64,000 nucleotides of DNA from assembly GCF_009914755.1 (NCBI RefSeq), contig NC_060942.1; one strand, 5' to 3'. A program made the translations under genes and the position numbers. Of this stretch, positions 12,205-25,292 are shown one piece after another. Origin of the DNA: the human T2T-CHM13v2.0 reference genome, Homo sapiens. The notes beneath the pieces are model-generated. The model did no database searches. It was not told where the DNA came from and saw only the letters and a list, made by a program, of their open reading frames with translations. Each line of letters starts with the position of its first letter. Position 1 is the first letter of the stretch.

Positions 12205-12390
12205 GTCTTGCATTTCAGGACCAGCAGACATGGGTTCAGGTCTCAGCTCTCATTAGCTGTGTGCCCTAAACCTCTTGCGTCTGTCCCCCTACATAGAACA
12301 CTGTGGCTCACACTGAAATTATGTGATTGTTGAGACAATGCAATGAGATAATGTGTTTGATGCTTACAAAGTACTTAAATGTTATTTGCC
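12205..12390 (+). mobile_element. MIR SINE (degraded)
   Basis: 'cagacatgggttcaggtctcagctctcattagctgtgtg' and 'aatgagataatgtgt'. Confidence 0.65.
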
Positions 12391-14346
12391 TCTCTGGAGG
12401 ACTCAAAAGGACACCAGTCCTGAAGTGAATATTTGAAAGCGATTTTGGGGGGAGTTGTAAAATGAACCAGCTCTGCACAACCTCACCCCAGGTCAGATGA
12501 GCAGGAAGAAGGCTACGTCCAGGGCTCCAGGAAGGCGATGTCCAGGGCTTGCTGAGGGTGGCAGAATTGATGAGCTTCTCATTGGCTTTTCTCCAGTTTC
12601 AACAGTGTGCTCATGTCTAAGCACAGCTCCAGGGCAGGACAGTTCCAGTGACGGCCTCTCTGTGACCCCTCTCCATACCTGAGCACAGGTTAGAGCTTCC
12701 AGCCACAGGCGCCCTCCCGTGCACACATCTGGACCTGACAGCAGGCTGGCCCTCTGTTAGTGGTTTCCTCATGAGTTTTCAAGTCTCTGTCCTTGGCTCC
12801 AACCCTTAATTAATAGGTTTGACTGTGTCTCTCTGCTTTCTATGTTATTTTTACTTCTGTAATAACGACTTCAAAAAAGTCATGACTCATTAGAATGCGG
12901 TGGTTTCATTAAAAGAAGCATTGCTATATTTTCAATGTGCATTTACACCAACTGATCTAAATGGAGTTTAGTGTTAGATGAAAGGGAGGAAGCCATGGCT
13001 GGAAAACAACCAAAGAGGAAAAATGACTGCCAGATTGGGTTTCTTTCACTAGCGAGGGAGGAGAGTTGCACATGACTGGAGTTGCCTTTTACATTTCTTT
13101 TCTTAGATTTATATGGTGCTTCTACTTCAAAGAGCTCCATTCAAGTGCCCACGTCCTAAACATCTTTTAAAACAGAACAGACATAAGTGAGCTGAGGTGT
13201 AGCCCTGCGGAAAGGAAAGAAAATGGTCTAAATTGGCTGTGCAAGTTGGCCTGAGTCTGTGTGCCTGCTTCTAAGGGAAGCCATCAGCAGATGCAGGAGA
13301 CGAACCTTCCAGAGTATTTGTTTAAGTTTCTTTACCTTATCTATTTGGGGAGTGGAAAAAGAAGCCATGTTTGAGGCCGGGGAGAACGGCAGTTTGACCA
13401 ACGAGCTGATAAAGAGCTGAGAGCTGTTTAAAAATGGCCGACTGCCCCAAAGTGCTGTGGAGCCCGGGACCGTGGCAAGGACTGCCTGCTCTTCTCTGCT
13501 GTGACTTTTGCGACAAGCAAAGATATGAACTCACTAAGAAAAACTTGACTGAAGGCCAAGTATGACCCAGGAACTAGAATAAGAGACATGCAAGTGGCAA
13601 AGATTCTCTTTCAAGAAGTCAAATGGGAAGGTCCCTCTTTAAAAATCAAGCAGCTTAGTGCCTCCCCCACACCCTACTCCAAACCCCTCAGCGGAATGCA
13701 AGTAAAACCCCTTAGAATGGAGTGTGGTTTGAATGTGTAACATCGCAGCATTAGACCCATCTCAGCGAATCTGAGTGTGACAAGGTAAACAGTAAATGCT
13801 TATTCATTTGACAAACACTTATTAGTTGTCACCTTCTATGTACCAGGGATTAAAAAAAGGTCCCTTCCCTGAAAACAAAACAAAACAAAAAACAACCAAC
13901 CAACAAACAAAAGCAGCCAAACAGCAATAACAACTCACAGTTTCTGGCCTTAGTCGCAGCAAATTAGAACCCATTATGATGGGTGCCACGCTGGTTTTCT
14001 GCACGAGCAGCAACAGGAAAAAAGTGGAGAGACGAACAGGCAGCGCATCTTTCCTGTGGACGTCGTGCTGGGGAGGCGAGCAGGGGCCCGTCCATCAGAG
14101 TCAGATGCACTGGGACATATGTATGATGACGGATTTATTCTAGGGCTGCGACCTTATGCAGTTGTGAGCACTGCTTATGCTGTGTATGAAGCTGTGGCTC
14201 CTCATGCGCCTGAGGTCACAGGAAAGACAGCCAGAGGTGGGAGAGCAAGGACAAGGTGGGGCCGCAGGGACGGGAGAACCTGCAGCAGTGGACTGGGGCC
14301 TTCGTGGTCTTTCATGCCTCCTGGCCCCTGACCACATGGGATATGT

Positions 14347-14457
14347 GATCTGAAGGGGATGTTGGCCTCCTTTCCCCCACGCATGCACCTAGCTGAGCAG
14401 TGGGATCCGAAGGGGACGCTGGCCTCCTTTCCCCCAAGCATGCACCTAGCTAAGCAG
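14347..14457. repeat. Two-copy tandem repeat, 57-bp period
   Basis: GATCTGAAGGGGATGTTGGCCTCCTTTCCCCCACGCATGCACCTAGCTGAGCAG (14347) versus GATCCGAAGGGGACGCTGGCCTCCTTTCCCCCAAGCATGCACCTAGCTAAGCAG (14404); 5 mismatches in 54 nt. Confidence 0.95.
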
Positions 14458-15284
14458 CAGGAAAAGCTGCAGAGGAGCGTGTCAGGGAAGAGGGACTGGG
14501 ACGCCTGCTGCCGACACAGGAGCATGGTGAGCAGCAGGTCTGCTGTACCGCAGACACAGCAACCGCGCCACTGCCACTCTCCAAACACCGCACACACGCC
14601 TCTTTGGGCCCTGCTTTCTTGGAAAGATGCAGCCAAGGGGATTCCAGGAAGAGTCCTCCCAGCTTATCTGAGGTGACCCAGTCCAAATGGACCACATCAA
14701 GCACAAGGGCCCAATATGCTGACCTGCTCACAGCACAGGGTGTGGGATCCCCAGGTGGGTGGGACCAGGTCCAGCCTCCTGCGGGCACAAAGCCTGCACT
14801 CTGGAGCTGCGCTGCATGTGCCCAGGTGGAGGGAGGCCTGTTTCCAGGGCACTCACAGGCCCTTCAGGGGCTAAATGCATGCTACAGGCAGAGATGGCTA
14901 CCCTGAAGAATTTGTGGGATCATTGCTTCAAAGCAGAGGGAGCACGTGCTGGAAGACACCCCTTCAGGGTAAGGCCAATGAAAAAGGAAGTCCTTTGGAC
15001 ACTGTCCAGTAGGCGTCGCTAGTTTGCGCACACCTGCATTATAGAAAAGTGACTTTAAAATGTTTCTGTAACTTGGTTTCGTTTATTTCCACAAGATTTT
15101 TAATACCTAACTGCCCTAAAATCAATTGCAGAAACACTCTTCCAGATATCCAGTGGGCAATTTATATGAGCAGAAATAATTTACATTAAAAAAAACCATT
15201 TCTGTTTTCAGAAAATGAGACTGGATACTTTTCAAAGAAAGGGCACTGCAATTACAAGCTCCTTAAAGGCAGGACTCTGTTTCT

Positions 15285-15440
15285 GACACTAGGATTTCTC
15301 CTGCTTATTAGAATCACCTGAGGAGACCAATTAAAGCAGAATATCTGGGGGTGGAGGGAGGGGTGGAGCCTCTGGGGTGGAGCCTGGGCATCTGCATTTT
15401 CTAAGGTCTTCCTGCTGATTCCAAAGTGCAGCCACCAGAC
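15285..15440. mobile_element. MER5A-like hAT-Charlie DNA transposon
   Basis: 'ttagaatcacctgaggag', 'ctggggtggagcctgggcatctgcattttctaag' and 'tgattccaaagtgcagcca'. Confidence 0.75.
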
Positions 15441-15638
15441 AGCACATTTTAGTTGAATCAAATCGAGGCGTCAGAATGTCTTAGACAAACTGAAAATGCC
15501 AACTGAAGATTTAGTTATTGCACAGTTTTGCCCTTTTGTTCCAGCACTACTAGCCTACAGTTCTGCCAGTCAAAGGTCCAGATCGTAAAGATTTACTTAC
15601 AAAGGGTAATCATAACAGTAATAAAAACAACAAGATAA

Positions 15639-15788
15639 GGCCAGGTATGGTGGCTCACACCTGTAACGTCGGCACTTTAGGAAGTCAAGGTGGGAGGATC
15701 ACTTGAGGCCAGGAGTTCAAGACCAACCTGGGCAGCATAGCTAGATCCTAAAAAAATAAAAAATAAAAAATAAAAAATAAAGAAAAAT
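15639..15788 (+). mobile_element. FLAM_C / Alu left monomer
   Basis: 'ggccaggtatggtggctcacacctgtaa...gaggatcacttgaggccaggagttcaagaccaacctgggcagcatag' followed directly by an (AAAAAAT)n tail. Confidence 0.9.
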
Positions 15789-16359
15789 TAAGGCAAGTTG
15801 GATTAAGCCCTATTTAAACCCACATGACCTCAGTGTTTCAAAGTAATCAGAAGTATGTAATTTACTCCCTCTCATCTGTGCCCTTTAACCTAACCTGTTA
15901 AATTCCTGCCTCCTAAAAAGATAGTCAAGGACCATAACGGATTGCAGGAAATCTCACTGTAGGTGAACGAAGTCTATTTCCTTCATCCTTCACTGTGAAC
16001 CTCTCACTCTTAAAACCAACAAAATGCCCAGGCTCTGAGGAGACCAGCTTCAGTACGAGTGAAGAACAAAAGCTATGAATTTCAAATCCTAGCTTCTTCA
16101 ATAACTTAACTCAGCCAATAAGCATCATGTAAAATTGATTCCTAATAAGGAAATGAATAAACACTACTTATTAGCTTTGGTACATATATAGATGTGGAGA
16201 AATTATGGCCTAATCATGACTTCTGTGCCTTCTCCTCCATATTCTTCACGGCAGAGAACGCTACCCACATGGCAGTTGAACAGCCTGCCTCTAACAGAGC
16301 CCACCAGTGACCCGCCTCTGCCTCCTCTCCCACAGCAGCAAAGGGACAGCTCCACTAGG

Positions 16360-16500
16360 CACCAGCTCTGTGATCTTTACAGATAGGTTTCCATGTCCTG
16401 TCTGTAAAATGGGACTAAAACTAGTGCTTCCATCACTGTATTGTGAAGATTAAATGAGATCATCCCTGTTGAGTCCTAACACACAGCATTAAAATGGCAG
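16360..16500 (+). mobile_element. MIR fragment
   Basis: 'ctgtctgtaaaatgggactaaaactagtg' and 'ttgtgaagattaaatgagat'. Confidence 0.7.
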
Positions 16501-19149
16501 CTGACACTTTTATTTGCAATGTTGTCTATGAATTTCATGTTGCTCCAGCACACACTTGCAGGCAGACGCTATTTCACACTTCTTATTTTTTGCATCCTCC
16601 CTGCAGCTACCAAAGAGCTGTTTGGTAAATCTTCATTGCACTGAATTGGCACTGAATTTTTAACTAACTAGAGATTATTGTTTTAAATAATATATCATTT
16701 TATTTTCTAAGGGATTCAAACATTCTCCTTTCAAATAGTTTAATCAAGTGTCAGAATTTTTTGTTATTTTTATAAGTTACTTTGTAGAATTATTAATAAT
16801 ACAGTACAGAAAGAATTAGTACATATCATCCCTGTTGCTTAACCTTCAGTTAAAACATTTTTGGTTTAATAAAGACTGGGAATAGTAAAGAAAGCCTGCA
16901 GTTTAATGGGGATTCTGGTCTAATGAGAGTCCTGAGCATGCATCTGTTGACCTCAGTGCTCAGACACAGCAGAAAATGGATGAATCCCCAAAGTCAAGAT
17001 GTTAAGGCAAAGTCGGGAAGAGTAAAGAGAAAAGAGAGAGAGGTTTCTACTGCTTATGGAAATAAACAATGCCTAAAAAGTGAATTAAAGCTTGTTGTCA
17101 ATGGCTTCTTCTCCCCAGGGATGGATATGTGTATAATAAAGATTTCCAGAAACATCAACCCATACGGCTTGGTAAGCATGTTCTGAATAGTCTACTTTAA
17201 ATTCTAGTAGGAATAGACAAAAGTGATTTAAACTTTTACGCTCCTGTTGTAAATGGGTGTTTCATTTTCTGTGTAAGGTCATATGATTTTTCTAGATTTA
17301 CAGGTGTATCAAAAGGCAACAGTAAAAATTTATTAGTAAGATGTCTGGGCTGAGGTTTAAAATGTTAAGAAAGTTAAAAATGTTGAAGTGTCAGCCTTCT
17401 GCCTTTGCCTGAATATAGTCATTTCTCTTACAACATACGCTTTCATCAGGCAAATTGGATATAATTGATCTAATAATTAGGGAACACAATTTGAATTATT
17501 GCAGCCCTTTATCGATTATGAAGAACCCGTACCTAGCGCCCGGCTGAGGGAAAAGACATTCCAGGCTGACGGAAGCTTTGTTGGAATGGCCAGTGCTTTG
17601 TTTGAGGCAGGCAAAAAGCTGTGAAAAGCACTGGGTTCACGAGAGTTAGGAAAAGCCTCAGGTCTTGAGTTATGAACTAAAATGAGAGCTGGGAAAAAGA
17701 TGTAAAAAGCATTGTTCCTAAGAGTTAGGGGGAAAAAGTACATTCATTGTGTGCAATGATTTTATTTAAAATCTACTCTAAATATTTAGAGATATTTATG
17801 TTTTACAGAGTCACACTTATAGCTTTCGAAGGGACAAAAAAACCTTTTTTATTGAAATTCCTGTAGAATAAACCAATTTGTTGTATAGAGTTTGAAATTC
17901 ATTGTGGCAAAACCTCTTTCCAATAGGAATACATTTCATGTAGGAATTGTACAGGGTTTTCCAAAGAAAGGCAACTAACCAGCTACAAAAGCAAAAATTT
18001 TTGAAATAACAGATTTTACTGTTCTTTATTGAGTTTGATTCAACAGGCCAAACATTTCCCACAGAAACAGGAGTTTGTGGTTTTTCAAAGCATTTGGCCT
18101 TAGCATCTATTTCCTTGACTTGGCCAATATCGGGCAAAAATCTTAATCTGCAGAATGTAATGCCCCAGACCCTCCAAAAACTAGCCATTTTGTCTCATAG
18201 ACAACCGAGTTTAAACATCCTTCTGAGTTTAAACATCAAGACACGCGCATGAGTCGGAAGGAGACAAGGATCGCCCCTTCATGTGCCTGGTGTGCACCAG
18301 CTTCTCTGGGTGACCGCAGTATCCAATCCACACACAGAAGAGAATGAGCAGTGATAGGAAAGGCCTCGTCGGAGGCTAGGAGGCAACTTCCTGAGAGAAC
18401 AACCTCTTCCTCCTATGCTTCCCCCACCTGGAGATGTCACGATTGCTTCTCCCATTTGTCATTCTGGAAATGTGCCCACCATTTTTCCTGCCACCGACAG
18501 TTCATCTGTCCTTCTGAGGGTCCCTTCCTCTGCACGAGCTCCAGCAGCCACTGCGTCTTCTTCCATGGACTTCAGACCTCCCCTCAACACAAGGACGTCC
18601 CCGCAGAATGGTGTGGTCATGTGAGCAGTTCAAAAGTGTGTCCTCTTTTTTTACTTCTAGGTAAGGAGTGAATTCTAGAGAGATTTTAGCCAAAAAAATA
18701 AATAAATAAATAAGTGTATCTCTAGTTGGCCAATGACCACTTAAGCTCCATGGCATAAATTAATACAGAATATCATATTTGATTATCTTCAAGAGGAATG
18801 ATGCAATGAAACCACTTTGGTAAATAGGACAACTTAGTGCAATCCAGAGACATTATAAAATCTCAGTAACTTTTGTCTCCGTTGCCTGAATTTGGTTATT
18901 TTCTGTAATTGCAAGAGGTAGACGTAAACTATTTGAAATACGATGAGTTTGGAACTTAGCATGCCTTTACCCAGATTTCTTTGGAGGAAACGTGTTGGCC
19001 GTCACTTCTTCAGAGTACTTGCAGTATATAAAAAATCAAAATGAATGATTAACAGCTAAGGCTTAAAGTCATACAGACCTGGCCTTTCTGTTGCTTATTC
19101 TTCCTTCAGAAATAATGATTGAATTATTGAATAGCGATTGAACATGCCA

Positions 19150-19340
19150 CCTATCCCAGTTCTGACACTCAGTAGATCTTTGATTTGGGGAAAGCCATTT
19201 AACATTTTTGAACTTCACCTTTATCGATTACAAAACTGAGAAAATAACACGATCTCCCTAGATTGTGGTAAGGATGCAGTGAGATAATGAATGTAAGCAT
19301 TTGCCATAGAGCAGCACTCAATACATAGTAACTATTGTTG
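19150..19340 (+). mobile_element. MIR SINE (degraded)
   Basis: 'atcccagttctgacactc', 'gtaaggatgcagtgagataatgaatgtaa' and 'gcactcaatacatagtaactatt'. Confidence 0.6.
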
Positions 19341-20164
19341 TAGCTGTGACTAACGAGCGTTTCATGAAGAAAATATATTCTGTGCTCACATTGGCCTAAG
19401 TGTGACTTCCTAGTAAATGTTCTAAGGACTTGATCAGCCACCCTCCTCTCTAAGCCCTGCGTCTTGCAGGCTTAAATAAATCACTCATACATCCAGACTG
19501 AGCTGACAGATAGACTTTAAATTCAAGCCAAAGAATTGAGTGCATAATTTTACAAAACTATTCCTCTGTGGTCTGGGTTTGGTGTTAGAAACATTTGCAA
19601 ATGCATGTTTGGCCTTTTTGTAGTATCCTTGGAGAAGGAATGGACAAATGAAGGGGTGTTGGCAGTGGCTTAAGTCATTAGCTCTGTAGTGTACTCTGGT
19701 GCAAACGCATGGGGTGACGATGGGAAATCCAGGCAGAGAGAGCATGATTTTATCCCACACATCAGCTTATCAGATTACAGGGGATGGGGGCAGCAAAAAA
19801 AAAGGCAGTGGGAAATAATTTAACATTTTTCCTCTTATCCTGTCCTGTATACAGAAAGATACAACATTATAAGCTAAATTGGTTGGCTAAAGTGTTTCTG
19901 AAACTGCTGACATAAAATTGGAAGTTTTTGAAGGCCAAGGATTGCATTTCCTTCAGTCTATGTTAATCCATGCCGCATTACACACACAGTAATAAACTCA
20001 CTGATGAGGAGAATGGCATGAATTTCACACACCGTTTCACAGACCCACAGATGTGGAGTTGCAAGGGTGTTACATGCCATCAGCCCAGCACACCCTCCTT
20101 CCCTCTACCTTCCATCCCTCTACCCTCCACTATTCTACTGGACCTCCTCACAATAGAAGAACAA

Positions 20165-20400
20165 TTATTGCTCCTGAGAACGTGCATTGAATCCCACTGG
20201 ATGCCAGGCACTGTCTGATCTGTCTTCAGGGATGAACTTATCTATTCCTCCCAAACTCTTATAAGGTAGCTACTCTGACCCCCTTTTTAGATATGAGTAA
20301 ACCAAAGCAATAGGAAGTAATTTATCTCAGGTCATTCAGCCTCTACAGAGCAGACAGGTACTCTGCACCCTGGCAGCCAGGCTCTGGAGCCTGTGCTACA
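20165..20400 (-). mobile_element. MIR SINE
   Basis: 'atgccaggcactgt', 'tttttagatatgagtaaaccaaagc', 'agtaatttatctcaggtca' and 'ctctggagcctgtgct'. Confidence 0.75.
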
Positions 20401-21562
20401 GTTGCTATTTGAGGCTGTGATACCGCCATGAAGGACCCGGTCAATCAATTATTAGAGCATTTCCTTCAAAACTTAGTGAAGATCGTTCTACGAGTCAGAG
20501 GCTCTTCAGTGTCCAACAAATGGGTGCAAACTGGCCCTTTTCCTCTGAGTCACTACTTTTCCAGGCAAAGTTTCTGTAGTTGCTTCCATTGGTCTATATT
20601 CACGCCCACACCCAGACTCCCCTAAGCTCATTTGTAAGCTGATAAAGTCAGTTTCAGGATCCTCATCTAAACAGCCACTTTTCCCTGTGAGTGTTTAATG
20701 ATGAAAAAGAGAATGGGTAGTGGTGTTTCACTGTGACCAGTCATCTGGGAAAGATATCTGGAGGTTCCATTAAAAAGGATGAAGGTATTAAAACTGAGGA
20801 AGAAACTGAAGTGAAAACAGATTTTGAGAAAGAATCTGAAGTGAAAACAGATGGAACATATAAATTTTCTGCAGATGATGTGTTAATAGTGCTGAGGAAA
20901 AAAAGGGGGCTCTGATCTAAGGGGAGTAGTCACATATGCACTGCCCAGGACCAAGCACATAGCTCAGCATGTGCTGGAAATCACAACTGGTGTGGGAGGT
21001 ACAACAAGAACATTAGGGCTTAGCAACTAATGCACCTCCACCTTCGCTCAGATTGAAAAGTAGTTTTGCATAATGAGAAGACTGGGGACTTGAGGCAAAC
21101 AGACCTCAGTTTGAATCCCTGGTGTAGCACCTCATAGCTGTGTGGTCACCAGCAAAGGCCCTTCTTCCCGCGTTTCAGGTCCTCCTCTGCACATTACGGA
21201 GCTGGTGTGATGCCTTCCGGGCAACATCTCCTAGTTACCATGAGCTCCATTAAGAAGAGACCAAGTCAGTCTTGTTCCCTCATTAACCATCCATTGGCAC
21301 GGTCCCACGTCCTGCGCTCAAATATGTGCAGCTGAAGGACGTTAAGGCTCCTAGAATAGAGCCCAGGGTTAGGGCTCCGTGAATAGTAGCTGTTACCATC
21401 ATAAGAATAGTGGGTTTTATTCAAACTCATTTCGTGTGTGCATGGCATAGTTTTCTGCATCTATTATAAGAAGTAGTACGGATCGGGATTGAAAATTAAA
21501 GTCAAATCCTTCTTATAACACAGGCTGCTTCTTTTTTCAAAAGATCTTGTCATCTGAATTAA

Positions 21563-21702
21563 TGTGCTTGTGCATGCATACATGCACATATGTGTGCATG
21601 GAACACCGTGCATGTGTGTTTCCATGATGTGTGTCTGTGTGTGTGCATGTGTGCATTCATGTGTGTGTATGCATGTGTATGTCTCTGTGCGTGCATGTAT
21701 GT
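21563..21702. repeat. (TG/CA)-rich degenerate microsatellite
   Basis: Alternating purine-pyrimidine tract 'gtgcatgcatacatgcacatatgtgtgcatg...gtgtgtgtatgcatgtgtatg'. Confidence 0.85.
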
Positions 21703-21707
21703 AATAC

Positions 21708-22149
21708 TGTCAATCTAAATAACAATAGACAAAGGATCTCTAAAAATCCACATTTACTTGAAATTAGGGCATTGTAATGGAAATACAAGTGCCATAGTAA
21801 GCTGTGTGTATATTCAGGGAGGTAAAGGAAGACAAAGGTTTCTAAAGGAAAAATGAGGAGGATTATATGTGTTGAGATAATTATCCTCAGCTATGAGGAT
21901 CAATAACAAGGACAGAACCTTTCTGGGATTGGACAGGAAGCTGCTGGGCCAATGTCCTCACAGAAGTATTTTTTGTATGATTTTGGGGACGGCCTTTGAG
22001 CAAGGATGTGGTTTTTGCAGAGTCTTTGGTGATAGTTTTGTTATCAGGCATTTATGCATGAGAATCCTCCCTTCATGGCCTTCCCCAGCTCCACTGGTCA
22101 GGGATTTTTTCAACACAAGTGATCTCTTTCAATTCTGGCAACTTTCACA
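21708..22149 (-). mobile_element. 3' LTR of the ERV1 provirus
   Basis: Minus strand starts TGTGAAAGTTGCCAGAATTG and ends TTGACA. Colinear with the right-hand LTR (shared 'gtgccatagtaagct', 'tgcagagtcttt', 'atgcatgagaa', 'aacacaagtga'). Confidence 0.9.
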
Positions 22150-24767
22150 TTTCCTCCTTTCGATCATGATCTCTCTCCAGAAGCACCGATGATCAATCAG
22201 TGATAGGCTTTGAATGTCCCTTGTCCTGGTTGCTGGTCTGGTCTTGTGTTGGGAGTAAGTGGTGGCTAAGAGTCAGTGTCAAAGCTGTTTGAGCTGCATT
22301 CAAGCAACAAAGGATCTTTAAAGGGAAGGGTTCTCGGGACAAGTCTACCTGGAATCCATTATTAGTTCACTTTTGTCTATTCTATAGTCTTTTGCTATCA
22401 TCTCAAAGTACCAGGTCAGCATTATTCTGTTAGGAGTTGTACTTCTACAAAAAATAAAAATGTAACAAGTAACAGATACAAAGTTTAAAAGGGGAAAACA
22501 CAAAATACAATTAATAGCAATATGATAATTCCAGTTTGCCTAATGGTTTTGAGCCATTGAACCTAGTCTTAAAGGCAAACAATTGAACAAATCAGAAAAC
22601 CATTATTCTTTCCAGTGAAAAGAGTAGAAATTAAGAGGGGTGAGTACCTTATTATGATTTGGAACCTTGTTCTGACATCTTGGAAAGTGTATGAAAGCAT
22701 CGACTTCTTGTGCTGGCTTGCAGTTCAGATGCCTATGGCAATGGCTTTGGGTGGTTTGGTGAACTTTCTGTGCAGCTCATACATCAGGCACTTGCTCATA
22801 AAAACTTCATCTAGTTTCAGCTTATAGTGCTTTAGGAACACAGAAGTTCCTTTTTTTAGTAATTCCATGGAAGGAAGTTGGAGGAATCTAGAACTCAGAG
22901 ATCTAAGTTAGTCTGTAAGTAGATAACCAGAACTCAAAAACAGTGCACAGAGCTACAATCTGATAATGGGTGTACTAGAGCATTTTTTTAGAAATGTAAC
23001 TTTTTCTTTCCACATTAATCACATAGGAGTCTCAGATTTTAAGACCTGGTGAAGCCAAATCGAGGCAGACTTTAGATTTCATCTACAGTTTTAAGATTTC
23101 TGGTGCTGCCGAGAATTGACAATTTTACTCACCACTCTAAGACTGGGAGAACTTGAAACCAGGCATTCTATGCACATTCTCAAATATGTCATTCCAGTCA
23201 AAGCATTGATAATATAATCAATGTTTTTAATTGTATCCTGCTATAAATAGAGGACTTTTTATAGAACTTATGCAAATAACTATAGTGTTATAAAAAATAC
23301 AAATAGTTTTTGAATTTTGAGAAATGATGTAGGGAGAAATAGCAAATGCTTTCCACCTTTGTTAACAAAAGTATTTTTTACCAAATTATTGTTAGCTATA
23401 GATTAGCTTAAGAAAAAACATTTTCTTACATCTGAAAAATAAAACATTTAAGTAAAGAACCAATAATGCATCAAATAAAATTCATAAAAACAATAATCTT
23501 CATCAGTTATTTAATCTCATACGATACATTTTTGTTCCACTTGATTTTCATTAGCAGTTTTATGAATTTATTAGTTTATTCATTAGCATATTTAAAATGT
23601 TTAATTTAGCCCATTGATCTTTAAATTATTAGAGACTTGTATTTAAAAGTGCTTGTTGGTGTCTTTTCCATGAAACCGATCGCAGATGCCTTTAGAGAAA
23701 ATCAAAACTGTGGAAGACAGAGTCTTACAGTAACCATGGTTAGGAATCTGATGGAAGTTCATTATCATCACTAATTAACAATAAAATATGGTTATTTTGT
23801 GGCATATAAGATAGTCAGAATTATGACTGATGATATATGAGATTTATATGAATTATATACAATTTCAAACATTCATATCAATAACATATGATAAATGTAA
23901 CTGAAAGAAGACATAGTATCACTTATCATTTGACAATATTTTTCTATACAATTTACCAGATAAGCCTTATCATTTCATATCTCTATAAGATGAGAGCTAT
24001 ATTCTTTGAGACCACCCAGGGATCCAGTAGGAAAACCTCAAAGTTAATTTTAGGTCACAAAGACTTAATTTAGAATTTTGATATTGGAGAAGCCTGTCAA
24101 AGATGAAAAAAGGTTAAAACACTTGATCAAAATAGGATCACAAATCACTGTGAAATCACAGTCATTCATTTAGCCAGAGTGATAAGAGACTTCAAAAAGT
24201 AATACAGAAGGTTAAATGGATGTAAAAACCTTAGCCTTTTAAAGCTCAATGTTCCTAAGTAATCGAATACCTAATAAAAACAACACAGAAAATTATCTTG
24301 CTAAAACATAAAATATTTGTTTCTTAGGCCAATTTCCAAAAAGGGAGAGAGAAGCCTTCATAATGTGATTGCTTTTCCATATGGGAAGCCTGTTTCAATA
24401 AGCTGAAAGTTGAACCTGATGAAAACACTACTTGGATTTAATCAGACACAGGAAGAGAGCATCCAAGGTTATGAGTGTGCCCCATTCTAGAGGAAAACTA
24501 GTACTCTGAGCAGGAGAATGCATGGCTTTTAGTAACAGCATGGGACGTTTCCCGGTTACATGGAACAATTCAGAGGCAATGAGAAAAGCCAAGTACACAC
24601 TCAAGTTATACTGGATAAAAAGATTGCTTTTCTAGGCCTTCAGTGTAAACATTGTAGCATCAGACCATCACAGCAGAGTTAGAAGAGAAAAAAGTTAAAG
24701 GAGAGAGTTATCATTCCAGTCCTTCTCAAGAGGAAATACAGGAAGAGCAGAAGGCAATGAATGATGT

Positions 24768-25292
24768 TCTATTAGTCAGAGTTCTCTGAAGGAACAGAAC
24801 TAATAGGATGTATGTACATAGGACAGAGAGTTTATTAGGAGAATTGACTCACATGATCACTAGGTGAAGTCCCACAATAGGCCATCTGCAAGCTGAGGAG
24901 CAAGGAACCCAGTCTGAGTCCCCAAACCTCAAAAGTAGAAAAGCTAATAGTGCAGCCTTCAGTCTGTGGCCCAAGGTCTGAGAGCCCCTGGCAAATCACC
25001 GGTGTAAGTCCAAGTGTCCAAAAGCTGAAGAACTTGGAGTCTCATGTTTGAGGGCAGGAAGCATCCAGCACAGGAGAAAGATGAAGGCCAGAACACTCAG
25101 CAAGTCTCCTCATTCCACACTGCCAGCTGATTAGATGGGGCCCACCCAGATTGAGAGTGGGTCCACCTCTCTCAGCCCACTTACTCAAATGCTAATCTTT
25201 GGCAACGCCATCTACACCATACAGACACACCCAGGAACAATACCTTGCATCCTTCAATCCAATCAAGTAGACACTCATTATTAACCACTACA
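24768..25292 (-). mobile_element. MLT2A2-like (ERVL) solo LTR nested in the ERV1 internal region
   Basis: 'tattagtcagagttctct', 'gaacagaactaatagga', 'ctgcaagctgaggagcaagg' and 'catccttcaatccaatcaagt...ttaaccactaca'. TSD GATGT/GTTGT with one mismatch. Confidence 0.92.

Noticed and set aside
12882-12890. Perfect AP-1 site ATGACTCAT
   Set aside because: A single short motif is not surprising in 64 kb; no independent support.
14347-14457. CRISPR-like repeat array
   Set aside because: Only two adjacent units with no spacers, in mammalian DNA without cas genes.
14056-15022. Cluster of overlapping 74-144 aa ORFs on both strands
   Set aside because: Expected in GC-rich DNA; no recognisable protein and no consistent splice structure.
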